Source of the DNA: Epiperipatus broadwayi
Lineage: Eukaryota; Animalia; Onychophora
Assembly (NCBI GenBank): GCA_028023455.1
Contig: JAQFVV010000004.1
Coordinates: 25,730,001 to 25,794,000 of the forward strand
Length of the DNA stretch: 64,000 nucleotides
Direction: 5' to 3'
Under the pieces are notes generated by a model. It saw nothing but the letters and a program-made list of their open reading frames with translations, had not been told where the DNA came from and did no database searches. Positions within the stretch are counted from its first letter, which is position 1. Every line of letters begins with the position of its first letter. Position numbers and translations under genes: made by a program. Shown one piece after another: positions 36,151 to 49,216 of the stretch.

Positions 36151-37449
36151 GTAAACTCGAACATATCATAATATCATCCAGGAACAACGCGGAAAATGGT
36201 TTGCTTTGCATTAATAGCCCAAAAGAAGGTAACTGCTAGATATTACGTTTTTTATTTTTTTGTTTCTCTGTTTAATAATAGTTAGATTGTGATTTATATT
36301 TTATAAAAACGGAAGTATTGGATTCATTATTTTGTCATTAATTAAATTAGTGTTTTTACCAACTGAATTATTATCAGTTAAAGATTTATCTTTTATTACA
36401 AATCGCTGCAGAAATATGTTTCAATCTGAACAGGTTTAGGCAGAATAAAGAATTTTCCCTATTTTGTCAATAGTAGTCCTATTAAAAGACTTAGATTTTT
36501 GTAAAAAAAAAAAAAAAAGACTGGTTTTTTTTTTCAAATAAACAGAAAGAATTTTCATTTTTAAAATATCAGATATATTTAAAATGTGATGCTTTAGACT
36601 AGTACTTGAGTTTAATTTTAATTTTGAAAAAAAGCTTACTTTGTAGAGTAGAATTACCTCAATCTCTTAGTATATTTTCCACTTCTTTGCAAATAAAATT
36701 AAATATTCCAATTTAACAGGAGCTGATATGACCGCCATATATTTCTAAGAAAGGGTTTCATGTTTACTATTATGACTATTACTATTACAACTATTAAAAA
36801 TTAAAAGGAGCAGAACAAAACATGCAGACGTTTAGATCATGCTAAATAGTTGGAAATATTTTCCTGCAAAAAAAAATTTTTTTTTCTTTCAGTTCAATGC
36901 TCTGAACAAATTGTGAAAAAAGAAATTAATGAACAAAAAGCCTTAAAAAAAAGAAGCATAATTTGAATCAAAAATATGAAAAAAATTCAGTACTGGAAAA
37001 CTTCTAATCAAATATAAGCCATATCATCTACATCATCATCTCAGCAACCATAACCATCACTTTTTGGTTCTCAGTCATCATTAAACAATCAGTAAACTTA
37101 CAGAGGACTGGAAGATTCTTTAGCATTTTTAGAACAAACGGCTTCATACATTGGATTACTACTGCTTTTTGAACCTAAGAACTAAAAACTTATATGTAAG
37201 CTACAATTCACAAGTCATGTTGTTACATGCATGAATTATGTTAATTTTGATTTAACTATTTGCTTTGTACCGATTACAATCAGGGACATTTAAATGATAC
37301 TGCTGATAAATCTTGATATATTGAATTAGTTTTTCATAGATGTCATTTTTTAAACATTTATTTTACTGTATTTTAACTTTTAAAATAAGATTTGAAACAA
37401 ATAGTTTGATAAAACCAACAATATATATATAGATGAAATTGATTCTTCT

Positions 37450-40400
37450 ACTCAATTTATTTGATACATTTAACACATATCAAATAAAAATTGCACAGTA
37501 ATTTTAAATTATCCTTTGTAATATTATTTGTACAACAATTTTAAAATTTTCTATTTCGTTCAAAATATTTATAGTACTTACATAATCCAGACATTCTTTT
37601 TATAGCGAAGATTTTTATGATCTCACTTTTGAATTTTGCAATACTACACAAGTCTTATGTTCTTATATCTTTTGATTTTATTTTAAAATATATTTTCATT
37701 TGATAACATCTTACATCCATCTCACTTAATATAATTTTCTTTAAAAACATCATATCATTTAGAATTCATCTTTTGTACAATGCATTAACATCAGGGATTT
37801 TTTCATTAACAAAATGACTTAGAATTTTTTAAAAATATTTTTTCAAATACAGACTATAAGTTAAATTACTGGACATCCAGACCATGTAAACATAGCTTAA
37901 AACTGATAAAAGTAGCATGTCAAACAAGTAGACATCTCTATTTTTTTTAAATATTGCACAATTTCTTAGCATCAAACACATGATTTTGTAGCTTTTCACA
38001 ATGATATATTGGACAATGTTACTAAATGTTCAATATTATGAAAATAATATCTAATTCTTTGTTGTATTTTTTTTTTTTTTGAGATAGTAATTTTAAAAAT
38101 AATATGTAATTGAAAATGCTAGTTAATAACTTTTTTTGGAAAAAGACAAGGCTATTATAACATTAAATTGTTTTGCTGATATAAAGTAAAAATCTTTTAA
38201 TAGTAGACTGTACAATGTTATGGCACCAAAATTAGCAATAGTGTTATACAATTTAAATATCATTGGCAAAACAAAGAAAACTGGTGCATAGAACATGTTC
38301 TAAATATAATCAATAAATTGAAAACAGTTGTTCAAAAACTTTTCCTTGAGATACTCCAATCACAATATGATATGTATAAGACCTTGTAATCCCATGAAAT
38401 ACAAAACAAATTTTATTAGTAATAAAAGAGTGAAACTACTACAGATTCTGAAAAATTTTGGAATCAATGTAGTATGATCTCCCCTATTAAAAGTCTTTGC
38501 TCAGATCAAACTAAATAGTATTAAGTTGCAGCTTATTATCAGTAGCATTCACAATAGCATCTTAAATGTGTATCAAAGTGAAATAATGAAATCTATATGA
38601 TATGAATACATGTTATATTGGTAAATAAATTATTTATTATCTAACAGTACATACTTCCTCAAAAGTTTTCCCAATTGTGCATAACAAAGATATAAATGTA
38701 TAATTTTAAATTAACAACTTTCCACAAATCATTAAAAAATAGCCTGCTGTAAAAAGGTCTTACAAGTGTAGATAAAAATGAGCTATTAGTTCAGTTCTTG
38801 CTTTTTTTTTTGTTTTTGAGCTGTTTTATTGCCAATAAATATCATCAGTAGTAAGTACAGTATATAAATATCTATTAAATTATGACTTTAAGAAATAATA
38901 ACTGTAAGAATCAGTTAACACATTTTTATTTAAATATGCTGAAATATAATCAGTAAAATTGTCAACTGTAAAACTCCAGATTCTGAGAGACATTTTATTT
39001 TTGACATCATAATATGTTGTAATAAATGACGAAAAATAGTCAGAATTGGCTACCCAATACATATTTTAAAGTCAATCTAAAATTATTATAGTAGAATGCA
39101 TGTTCTGATTGCTTAAATAGTGTATAATGCCTTAGTTTTCTTTTATTAATACAAATTTATTTTTTAGGAAACCAAGGAGGATGTTTTTAGAAGTTACTAC
39201 GTAATCTTTTATTTAAATTTTTTTCAGAATTTTTTTAAACAAATCAAATACTGCATTCATACCACTAAATCTATATATTTGTATCCAATTACAAACATAT
39301 CTTAATATATGTATGATAATTATCAAATTTGTAATTTATCTTTGGAATTATACCTCTGTTACCTAGGAAAAGTATAATAAAAAAGTCAATTGTCGAATGA
39401 TAAGAATTCTTTTTTAATAATGGCTGGATTTTACATTTTAAATCTATGTTATTAGAATTGATCAAAATAAAGTCTAGAATTTTATCCATTATTATTCTTT
39501 AATGATTTTTTGAACCACATTAACAATGTCCATGAATTCCATTTGTCAATCTTTTACTAATTTCATTGTTGTTTAACTGAGTAATTTTATCAGTTGATAT
39601 TATATAAAGCATATTAAAGTTATTACAGATCATAACATTATATATATATATAACTAAACAAATTTTTTTTCAAATGCTTCAAATCATTGTTTAGTTCATT
39701 TATACTAATATGACAAGGAAAATATATATTATCAACCAAACTATCATTGATTTTTCATTGCCTTTTATATTGAAATGGAATCAATAAAATCCAGTTCTAC
39801 ACTCATTTGTACTGTTACAGTATTGTTTGTAATAACTAAATACTTCCATTTTCTCAAAAACTCTGAGTTTATTTGATTATATATGGCCATTTAACTATAC
39901 TTCTATCGAAATTATCAGTCAATATTTTTCTGCAAGAATAGCATGTTTCAATTGTTAACATTGTAATAACAGATTTTTAAAAAAAATTCCTAAATATAAT
40001 TTTAAATATAGCATTTATGAAATTGTATCTATTTAATTATTATCTGCTACCATTTTTATCTTTTCTAAGTGCAATAATCCATTATACGTCAGTAATACTA
40101 TTCTCAACTACTTGATTTTTTGTTCTTTAACAATCAAATCTTTATTTAATTATCTATAAAATGGATAAACATGTATGTCTGTTGATTAAAAATTTGATTT
40201 AATTATTTTATTATTTTCTTTCTTAGATATATAAAATGAAGAATAAAATTTACTTGTAGGTAAAAATTTATGACAGATTGATTATAGTAGTATCTAACTT
40301 GTCCATTGTATGATAAATCTCATATTCAATTGTAATTTCAAAACTTAATCTTATGAAAAAGAAGCATTTGTATTCTTATATAATAGAAACAGATCTTAAT
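37450..40400 (-). mobile_element. Decayed CR1/Jockey-group LINE (ORF1 end, APE, RT)
   Basis: Minus strand: ILAE...LNGHIIK and DKILDFILIN...PLLKKNSYH (APE), TI*FDLSKDF..GDHTTLIPKF (RT 3), IGVSQGKVFEQLFSIY (RT 4), and CFANDI (degenerate FADD). Ends are approximate. Confidence 0.72.
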
Positions 40401-40469
40401 TGTTTATTGTTAAGATTTTTTAAAAAATAACTAGAATTATCATCTTATTTTATGTACTTCTGAATCAAT

Positions 40470-40740
40470 AACGTTTTTTGGATAATGAGTATTTCCTTAA
40501 CTTGATTAATAAAAGAATATGCAAATTTATCAGGCAACTGAGAAGAAATGATAATAAATGGAAAATTGAAATCTTAAACGGGATTCCAAAAGATTGTAAA
40601 AGACCAAGAAAGAGACCACATGTGAGATGGATGGATGAAAAAAGAAAGTATGCAGGGGTGATGTGGAAAAGAGTAAGATGGGTTGAACTTGGAGAGACCT
40701 TCATCCTACAGTGGATTGATTGATAATGGATGATGATGCA
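40470..40740 (+). mobile_element. RTE-clade LINE 3' fragment
   Basis: ORF ...RRNDNKWKIEILNGIPKDCKRPRKRPHVRWMDEKRKYAGVMWKR...LGETFILQWID* followed by a (TGA)n-like tail. Confidence 0.82.
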
Positions 40741-43700
40741 AATTTAGAGCTTTTTCAGTTTTAGCATAATTATAAAAATAATTTCTAGATTGCAACTGAA
40801 AATAAAAATAAAAATTATACATTTTATTATGTAAATATAATAAAGAAAAATTAGTAGAGTTTTGAATTTTTTCCCCATATTTCAGCATATACTACTAAGA
40901 AATGCATTTCTCAAATATGTGAATTTTGGTGCAATTTTTCTGCAAGCAACTTCTACAGAGTTAATTAATATAATAAGTTATATGAATGACTTTGTATACC
41001 TACTAGAATTCATTATTCTTAATAATAGATTATTTTTTTTAGAATTTTTTTTATTAAACATTAAATAAGAAAAGTAACTGTTGATTTGAAATCATTTCAT
41101 AGTTCTTTACATTTTAATAATTTAAAATTTATGATAATAAATCAGGACTAAGACAATACACTATAAAAAAATACAAGTGATGTCTCTTAATTGTAAGATG
41201 AAATCATTAGTCTTATATCACTTTTTAAAAATGTAATCTTAAAACATTTGTTGTGACAACTCCAAAATAAAAGTAAGTTTTATGTATTCCTAAAAGACCT
41301 AGTTTTATTAGACAGACATGGTCACTATTCATAGTTCATTCTTCATCATTAAATAACTGAAGTGAACTTTTAAATATATGGCTATAATTAAAAGTTTGAT
41401 TGTGAATTATAGAACTAAAAAAAAAAAAAATCCAATACTCTGAGAGCTTTAATTTGCAATGTCACGTAATTGATTTTCTGGAATGCAAATTCACTTGAAA
41501 TATTCTGACTGATCAACTTTGACTTAAATCAATCGTTTTATGTATTTTCTTTTCTTCAAGAACAAAAACATTTTTTCAAATTAAAATCAATACTTCACTA
41601 TGAACTTAAATCAAAAAGAATTGTTATTTTAAGATATGATTATATATATATTATATTTAACACTTTTCATTTTTTCTTTCAATAATATATTACAAATCAA
41701 TTACAAGATTGTTTAATTATAATAAATTATAAATTTAAACAAAAGTTTTTCGAGTTTTACTTAATGATATAATGGTCTCATTAAAGTTTTCAATAGATCT
41801 CTAAATATTGAGATAGATTTTTTAAAAATGATTATTAATAGACACCAATCTTTATTTTATTGTCTAGTTTCATCCACTTAAATATAGATAAAAAAAAATT
41901 ATATGTAAAGATATATATATATATAGAAGGATTTTTTGATATAGTAGTTACCATATTCAATCACTATACCCACGACCTGGGATACAAATTTGTGCTAAAT
42001 TGTGCTACTTTTTTTAGAATTTTCCAATTAGAATTTTTTTTAGGTGGCCATCCAATATTAATTGAAAATTATTATTTAATTACTCATAGTTAAAAAAATA
42101 AAAAGTTACACAAACACTATTCTCACAAGCAGTAATTGGCAAAGTTGACAATCAATGTTTTCTCCATCACTATTTTCCTATAAGGAACTGTAGAGGAACT
42201 TTTACCCTGAAAAGTTTATTTACTGGCTGTTTTATTTTTTAAGACTGCTCCCAAGTCATAAAATCGATCATTTCGCATTCCTATATTCTCTTGAAAAATG
42301 TTTTAAATGATTTACTTCATTTATAACAATAATAATAACAATGATGATGATAATGATGACAGAGAGCTATTGTACATTGACAGTAACTTTACAATAAAAT
42401 TTATATTTCAGTGTTGAATTTGCCATTACTGGAATTTTTGTTGGAAATGCTTTTATCTAAATATGAAATAACATAACTCAGATTTATATAAGTTGGCCCT
42501 GTATTATATATGTGTGTGTGTACATACATATATAAACACACACACATATTAATTTGAATTATTTTAATGAGCATGTAAATAACCATAGGCTTATCAAATA
42601 TATAACCCTAAGAATGTAAACCTATTTCACAGAACAACCAAGTCCAAATATGTTACAAAGACAGTTAATATGCAAAATCTCCCCAAAAACATTTTAAATA
42701 TACTGTAAATAATATTCACATTTTGAAATATCAATGTCAATTTATTTTATCAGATAGATCTGATAAAATGAATAAATTGATTTTACAACATCATTTATTA
42801 TTCATTGTAACTTACATTAAAAGAGTGCTCCAGGTCCATGGATTAAATTCAAGTTATTATCTAAAACAATCATTTAACCAGAAACAATGATAAAATATCA
42901 AAAATTGAAATGTAACAATGCATATAAAATTAACTGCTGTACATTTTGTAGGAATTATTTTTTAAATGCATAAACTAGGACTACATATACCAATAAAACT
43001 TTACAGATTGTTGATATCAGAACTCCTCTTTTCCTGAATAGAAACTTTTTTTTTTTTTTTGTAAATTCTTCAAGATAATGTTTAGAAGTAATCCTACAAC
43101 CTTATAATATCTTTGTAACATTATGAAATTCAGTTCTTTTCTAGTATTTGATGAATAATATTTTACTGACAAGAAACTTTTGCTACAACAGCATTTACAC
43201 TAGGATTACTAGCAAATAATTCCTCAAACATTTTCTTTAGATCTTTCCACAAATGATTGTTTCAATAATGCTATCCCCTCCAATTTGCTTATGATTAATC
43301 CATATTTCAAAAAGTTTCAATTTATTCTATGTAACTGCTCAATCAGAACACCTTTTTCATTATCTGTATACTTTTTAATTCGTTTTTATTTGTTAAAATG
43401 ATATAGATCATTAATTTAACTATTCTGTATTCAAATTTTAAGTCATTGACCATTTTACCATTCAATTTAATAAATGTTTTTTTTTATATATAATACTTCA
43501 GTAATGACCAATTTTTTGACACTTTTTTGTTCATAATTAAAATTAATATTTGTATGTGCACAAAACGAATTCTTAAAAAAGTTAGTAGAGATGAATAAAT
43601 TGCAGAAGAAAACTTAAATAACAGTATGCTCCCAAAGCATCTCAAAGATGTTTATGCTTTACTCAAAGGTCAAAAAACTATAAAAAGTTTTGTAAATATG

Positions 43701-44484
43701 ATTCATATATATTTCACTATTTTACATTTTGTAAATAGACTTCCACCATTCTTTTTCTATCATTTTAATCAGCTAAAATTTTTACAAAACATATACTTAG
43801 CAGAATTCTTTTTTAAAAATATGTAAAATAATTTAATTGTTAAAGAGTTACAAATTTCATATTTAGCTCTTAAATTTCCCCCTTTTTTTTAACTATAAAT
43901 TCCCTTCATTTTTTTACAGTAACATTAAAAAGATTTTATATTTTGCTTTTATGGCTGGCTCATGGTTATTACCATATACACATCTAAAAAGATATTTTAA
44001 AAATATATGTACAATAATTTCATCACTAGATATAGGAAAAGATAAAACTAAATAGTTAATTAAGTCTTACATAACAAAGATTTCTGTCATTCTAGGGTCA
44101 CTGTATATATTTGGATTTGTTTTTGAATATTAATTTAATGAGAAAACATTTGTATTATCTATGGGTTTTGTTGGATTAGACCTCACTGTATAACCATTGT
44201 TACATCTCATACTTGTAAACAAACACACAAATGCCCTTTTGATTATTTCAAAAAATTATTATAGCTATGTAGTTGTAGTTCTGTTCATATTTTAGAAGTA
44301 ATGATGAATCAAATTAATAGAAAAATATAAGTAGTGCTTCTTGCGGAATAATATTTCTGTAGTGTAATTTTCACTACACCACTTCTCCCACAAGGAAGGG
44401 TCTGGTTTCTATCCATCTTTACCATCTTGTGGAGGGTTGTAATCATAAACATATGACTAAAGATGTGAAAAAATTGTATGATCT

Positions 44485-44528
44485 CTAAGATGCACATTTC
44501 ATGCTGAATCAGTACTCATCAGTTGACC
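44485..44528 (-). ncRNA. Type I hammerhead motif (family F, minus copy)
   Basis: GGTCAA-CTGATGA-GTACT-GATTC-AGCAT-GAAA-TGTGCA-TC^TTAGAG. The core is intact, with one mismatch in each of stems I and II. Confidence 0.68.
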
Positions 44529-45065
44529 TAAATTATAATTTCTGACACATATCTATATCTTTGTTCAGTATATACAGATAGCTATTTACAACACTTTAAT
44601 TGATAAGAGTTAAACTAACTGCCTTCACAATTTTTGACAGAAATCACTTGATGGAAGTGTATTAATAATTTTTATTAGTCATTCCACTAAATATTTTCAA
44701 CTTAATGAATAATAATTTTGTGGTGTAATTTTCATTACACCACTTCTTACATAAGATAGGGACTGATTTCTATCTGCTTTTAACACCTTCTGGAGGATTG
44801 TAATCATAAACATATGATCAAAGACATGTCACTACCTTGGATGAGAAGTGATATAGTAAAAAATTACATTACAAAAATATTATTCATTAAATGGATAATC
44901 TAGTCTAATGAATGACTGATAAAAATTATTAACATAATTCCAAATGGTTAGTATCAAAGTTGTAAGGGCAGTAAGTTTAACATGTATCAATTAGACTGTA
45001 ATAATTTGGCTACATATATATATACTGAACAATGATAAAAGATATGTGTAAGAGATTGTGATCTG

Positions 45066-45110
45066 CATCAACTGATGAGTGCTGGTTTATCATGAAATGT
45101 TCATCTTGGG
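45066..45110 (+). ncRNA. Type I hammerhead motif (family F, plus copy)
   Basis: TCAA-CTGATGA(45072-78)-GTGCT-GGTTT-ATCAT-GAAA(45094-97)-TGTTCA-TC^(45105)-TTGG. The core is intact. Confidence 0.7.
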
Positions 45111-47944
45111 GATTACACATATTTTTCACGTCTTTGATCATATGTTATTAATAACATCTCTCCACAAGAGATTAAAAGTGAATAGAAACCAGTTCCTACT
45201 TTGTATGAAAAGTGCTGCAGTGGAAATTACACTACAGAAATATTATTCATTAGGTGGATAAATTCTAATCTAACGGATTACTAATAAAAATTATTAGTGA
45301 TATTTGCATTTTTACAAATCTAATGACTTGCTTATGATTTAAATTTAAAACCTAACACATAGATGTTGCACTTAACATATTATTTACAAGTACAAAATAA
45401 GTAGATATAATTATATTTTTTATTTAATAAATATAATTCATAAGAGCATTTATTTGAAAGACAGTTTTTTTCTTATGACATTAAATGTTTGCCTTTGTAT
45501 AATCAGTTAATACAATCCTTTTTCATTTATATCATTACTGTGTCATTCATATTTGTAAAGCATTTGTGTCCCTCATTATATATTTAAGAATATAATAATG
45601 ATCATATGTAGTGATCTATCATACAAAGCATCTTGCTTTTGCATGAATGAGGATTGGTTTCAGTTTTAAATACATTTCATAAATATTGTTATATTATTAT
45701 GTTTATAAAATGTTTTATTATATATTGTATCATTGAGATATATATCACCCCTTTTTTAATCAAAGTATACATTATAAAAAAAATTATTCACTGAATATAT
45801 CATTTAAACCTCCAACTGAAATGATTTTCTTATATCAGAAGTCATAACATTGTCATACGCAGTTCGAATTCTTTATATACATTAAAATAGATCATTACTT
45901 TATTCAGAATATCCATTTCCTACTCTTAAGAATATTAGGGATAAGTAAATGTATTCTGTGTAAAAATAATTAATGTTTAGCAAAAAAATGAAAACAATAA
46001 TAAATTCCTTGATAAAATATTATAAATAAAATTGTGAGGAAGCCATGCGTAACCATAACAACCACAGATATTATTAGTAAATCAAAGAGGAGATAGAAAC
46101 AGTTCATGAATTGTCAACAGAAAACAAAGGGATATTGCTTTTTTTCTTTAAAGCATATTCACTTTTAATATATATTCACCTGTCATAGAAACAAATTAAT
46201 ATTTAGCAGTCTTATCTTATCAGTGAGATGATGATGTGTATAATTGTGAAGTTCTATACCAAGAAAATTTATTTCATGGAAGCTTAAAAGTTTAACATCT
46301 ATTGATCTAAACAAAAGGAAGCGTATTGGCTTAACAATGATTGAACATTTTGAATTCTAAATCAAATTTCATTTCACCAAAATATTCACAGAATGTATAT
46401 TCAATTTCCAATAAATATAGGCAAATATTTTATATTAAATATTGATATCTAATAACAATAGGAGAGTTAAGCAGCTCTGCTAAAAAAAATGTATTATGAG
46501 AAGATTATCTATAAAGAAACATTGGTTTTAATTCTTTTCAGTGTCATTATAATATCACAATGTCATGTTGGCTATTTCATATCAGATAGCTGGTTTTTCA
46601 CAAATACACCTTCAGTTCATGTGTACTTCATATGTGTTTAAGGAACTTTATATAACATAGAAATAAAACCCTGTCTCTCTGCAAAGAAATTAGGATAATG
46701 AAATCACATGAATATATATAATTAAAATTATAGCACAATCTACCATATAATATATTGTATATTATAAATAATAAATGGATGATTATTTTGAGAGGCATCT
46801 AACATGATTTACTCTATCTACTAATAGGAAATATCACAACAATATTTCATATTTTCATGTTCTGTTAATATAGCATATTTTAATTAATGTGGAAAATCTA
46901 ATAAACATATTTTTATCAAGCAATTAATGCATACCAGAAATTATTACATTCTACTAGATGTTTATTTATATTTATTGCAATTATTTATGTTAGTTCTTTT
47001 ATTTTAGAATGAATGGTATCAACAAAATATAATTAAGAGAAATAATTATCATTATTCCAATTACAACCTCATCAATTTATGCATGTATGAATAACATATT
47101 GAGATTTTGATCCATTAAACTGATTAAATTATAATAAGTTAAGACCTTAATTAATATATTTTATTAAAGTAGAGTTTCACACACATATATATATTCTCTT
47201 AGTCATAAATATATGTCTATTGTTTTTTACACCACTATCCGACCGAACATTTAAAAGTTTGTTTATATATAAACAGTTCATTTACAAATGGAAATATATC
47301 ATTATTAGGTACTTTAGTATTAAAACTACAACGTAGAGATAGGAGGCCTTTCACACCCACAATAAATGTGTAATGTTGCAATAACGTCAAAATTGAAAGG
47401 AAATAAACCCTGCAAGTATACGTGTAGAAACTGTTTTTCTTTATCAACGCAATCTTTTTTTCCATAATACTTAGACATTTTTAGTTTCATAATTAATATA
47501 TATATATATTTTTTGTGGTTTAATTTGTTTATAACAAAAAATATGTTTATTAGTATTTCTGTTGAAAATCCCAATCCATGTGGAAATGTGTTTTTCTTTA
47601 TTAATACCGATCTGATTTTTTTAAAAATACTTCGACATTTTCAGTCTCATAAATAATATGTATTTTTTTTATGGTTTTGTTCCATTTTAATATGTTTTTT
47701 TTTTTTGTGGTTTTTGTTCCATTTTTTTGGCTTAATTTGTTTATTAAAAAAATACGTTTATTAGCATTTCTGTTGAAAATCCAAGCATACTCTGCAATCA
47801 CATACTACATTTTTGGATAAAAATTTTTTAGTATAGATCTACATTTTCTGTGGTAATATTTTTTTTTTTTAATTTCAAGGTGACAATTTCTGTTATATAT
47901 TACATGGTAAATATCATATGAGTATACTTAATGTATTTTAATAA

Positions 47945-48450
47945 ATATTATTTAAAAACCAAAATCATTTACTTTTTGTTTAGCAACAATTTCTTTGTCT
48001 AATGGAGTCATTTCATTAAAATTGCAAATCACATTTTTTTTTTTGATTGAGAAGTCATTCTTAAAAGTTGTTAGTGTGAAAGTTGTACATCTAGTTAATG
48101 TCTTTTGATAAATATTATTTAAAAGCCAAAATCATTTACTATTTGTATAGTGCTAAATTAAATTAACAATTTTTTTGTGTAATGCCATCATTTTATTAAG
48201 ATTACAAATCTTTTTTTTTTTGTTTTCAAATGTTGTTCTAAAACCTTGTTAGTGTCCAATTCATGCATTTTTGAATGTCCCATTATTTAAAAACCAAAAT
48301 CATTTACTATTTGTTTAGTGTGTATTTAAACTAACAATTTTTTTGTGTAATGCTGTCATTTCATTAGATCACAAATCACTTTTTTTTTTATTTCGAATAT
48401 TCTTAAAAGTTGTTAGTGTCCAAGTCATGCATATTTGAATACCTTGTTTA
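47945..48450 (+). repeat. Three diverged tandem units of about 167 bp (minisatellite)
   Basis: attatttaaaa.ccaaaatcatttact recurs at 47947, 48114 and 48282. Confidence 0.85.
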
Positions 48451-48987
48451 AAATTACATATTTATTATTGAAACATCCTGATAACTTTGTAAATCTTGCC
48501 AAAATACCATGTACAGGACCGAGTACATGCTATTTTGTTCAGATCCCAAGATTACAAAGTTATCAGCAGATTGACATGAATGTGAACAGGTGCAGTAGGT
48601 CTGATACATGTTCCATGTTACATCTTTAATACTAAAGTGTACTTTATTATTATTAATTTTATGTAATTCTGAACTAGGGAGTAACTACCCTATCAGTTAA
48701 AAGATGTATTTGCAAACAGTATTCAAGAAGCATAAATTATTTAGTATCAAACCATTGTCTTCTACTTATCTATATTTTAAGAGCGAGAATTTATCACTAA
48801 TTAATTTCTTTAAATAATGTATTATTATAAGTGAGGAAATTTGGATAAGACATATAATGTTTCTTATTCTACTTAGGTTGATTCTATGTTTGATTAATCT
48901 ATTAACTTAATTTCAATAGTCTCTACCTCACAGGCAACCCAATCCATATAGCCACACTTCATACTGGTCCAATATATATATATATAT

Positions 48988-49141
48988 ATTCTTTAAAATG
49001 AAATATATTCAATTTATAGACAACTAAATACTTAAAATATAAAAATAATAAATTTATTAATATCTAATCGATTTTCGTTCAAAAAATAAGTATTTAAGTA
49101 TTTAGTTGTCTATAAGTTGAATATATTTCATTTTAAAGAAT
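48988..49141. repeat. Short foldback element (about 50-bp near-perfect inverted arms)
   Basis: attctttaaaatgaaatatattcaatttatagacaactaaatacttaaa matches its reverse complement at 49093-49141 with one mismatch. It sits next to (TA)n. Confidence 0.8.
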
Positions 49142-49216
49142 AGTATATTAGAAGGACAACATAAAGGTTTTGTAATGCTATCATTGTGAAATATATATAT
49201 ATATATATATATATAT

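Larger units (their letters stand above)
32461..36345 (-). mobile_element. Penelope-like element (PLE): RT + GIY-YIG endonuclease, direct pLTRs and an inverted partial pLTR; decayed
   Basis: RT: PQMFANIKMDKPNVPLRLMI, YKLVSLDAMELYGSID, YRMEMGWLIGLAVSGVLSSL, RYVDD (34000-34700). EN: KSSVAYSTECPQPDCIAIYIDETKKNIKYHIQQY (about 32840-32945), then HQSITGH in a shifted frame. Direct repeat 32465-32690 matches 35511-35639 plus 36151-36230. An inverted copy of the pLTR edge lies at about 36240-36345. Confidence 0.88.
44320..45300. mobile_element. HHR family F composite: tandem units of about 362 nt in both orientations
   Basis: Minus arm about 44320-44828 (repeat starts at 44362 and 44723) and plus arm about 44845-45300 (repeat starts at 44862 and 45225). 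Each arm carries one HHR. Confidence 0.78.

Noticed and set aside
43000-43400. Decayed coding sequence on the minus strand (LWKDLKKMFEELF...)
   Set aside because: It looks codon-like but has no identifiable domain and several stops.
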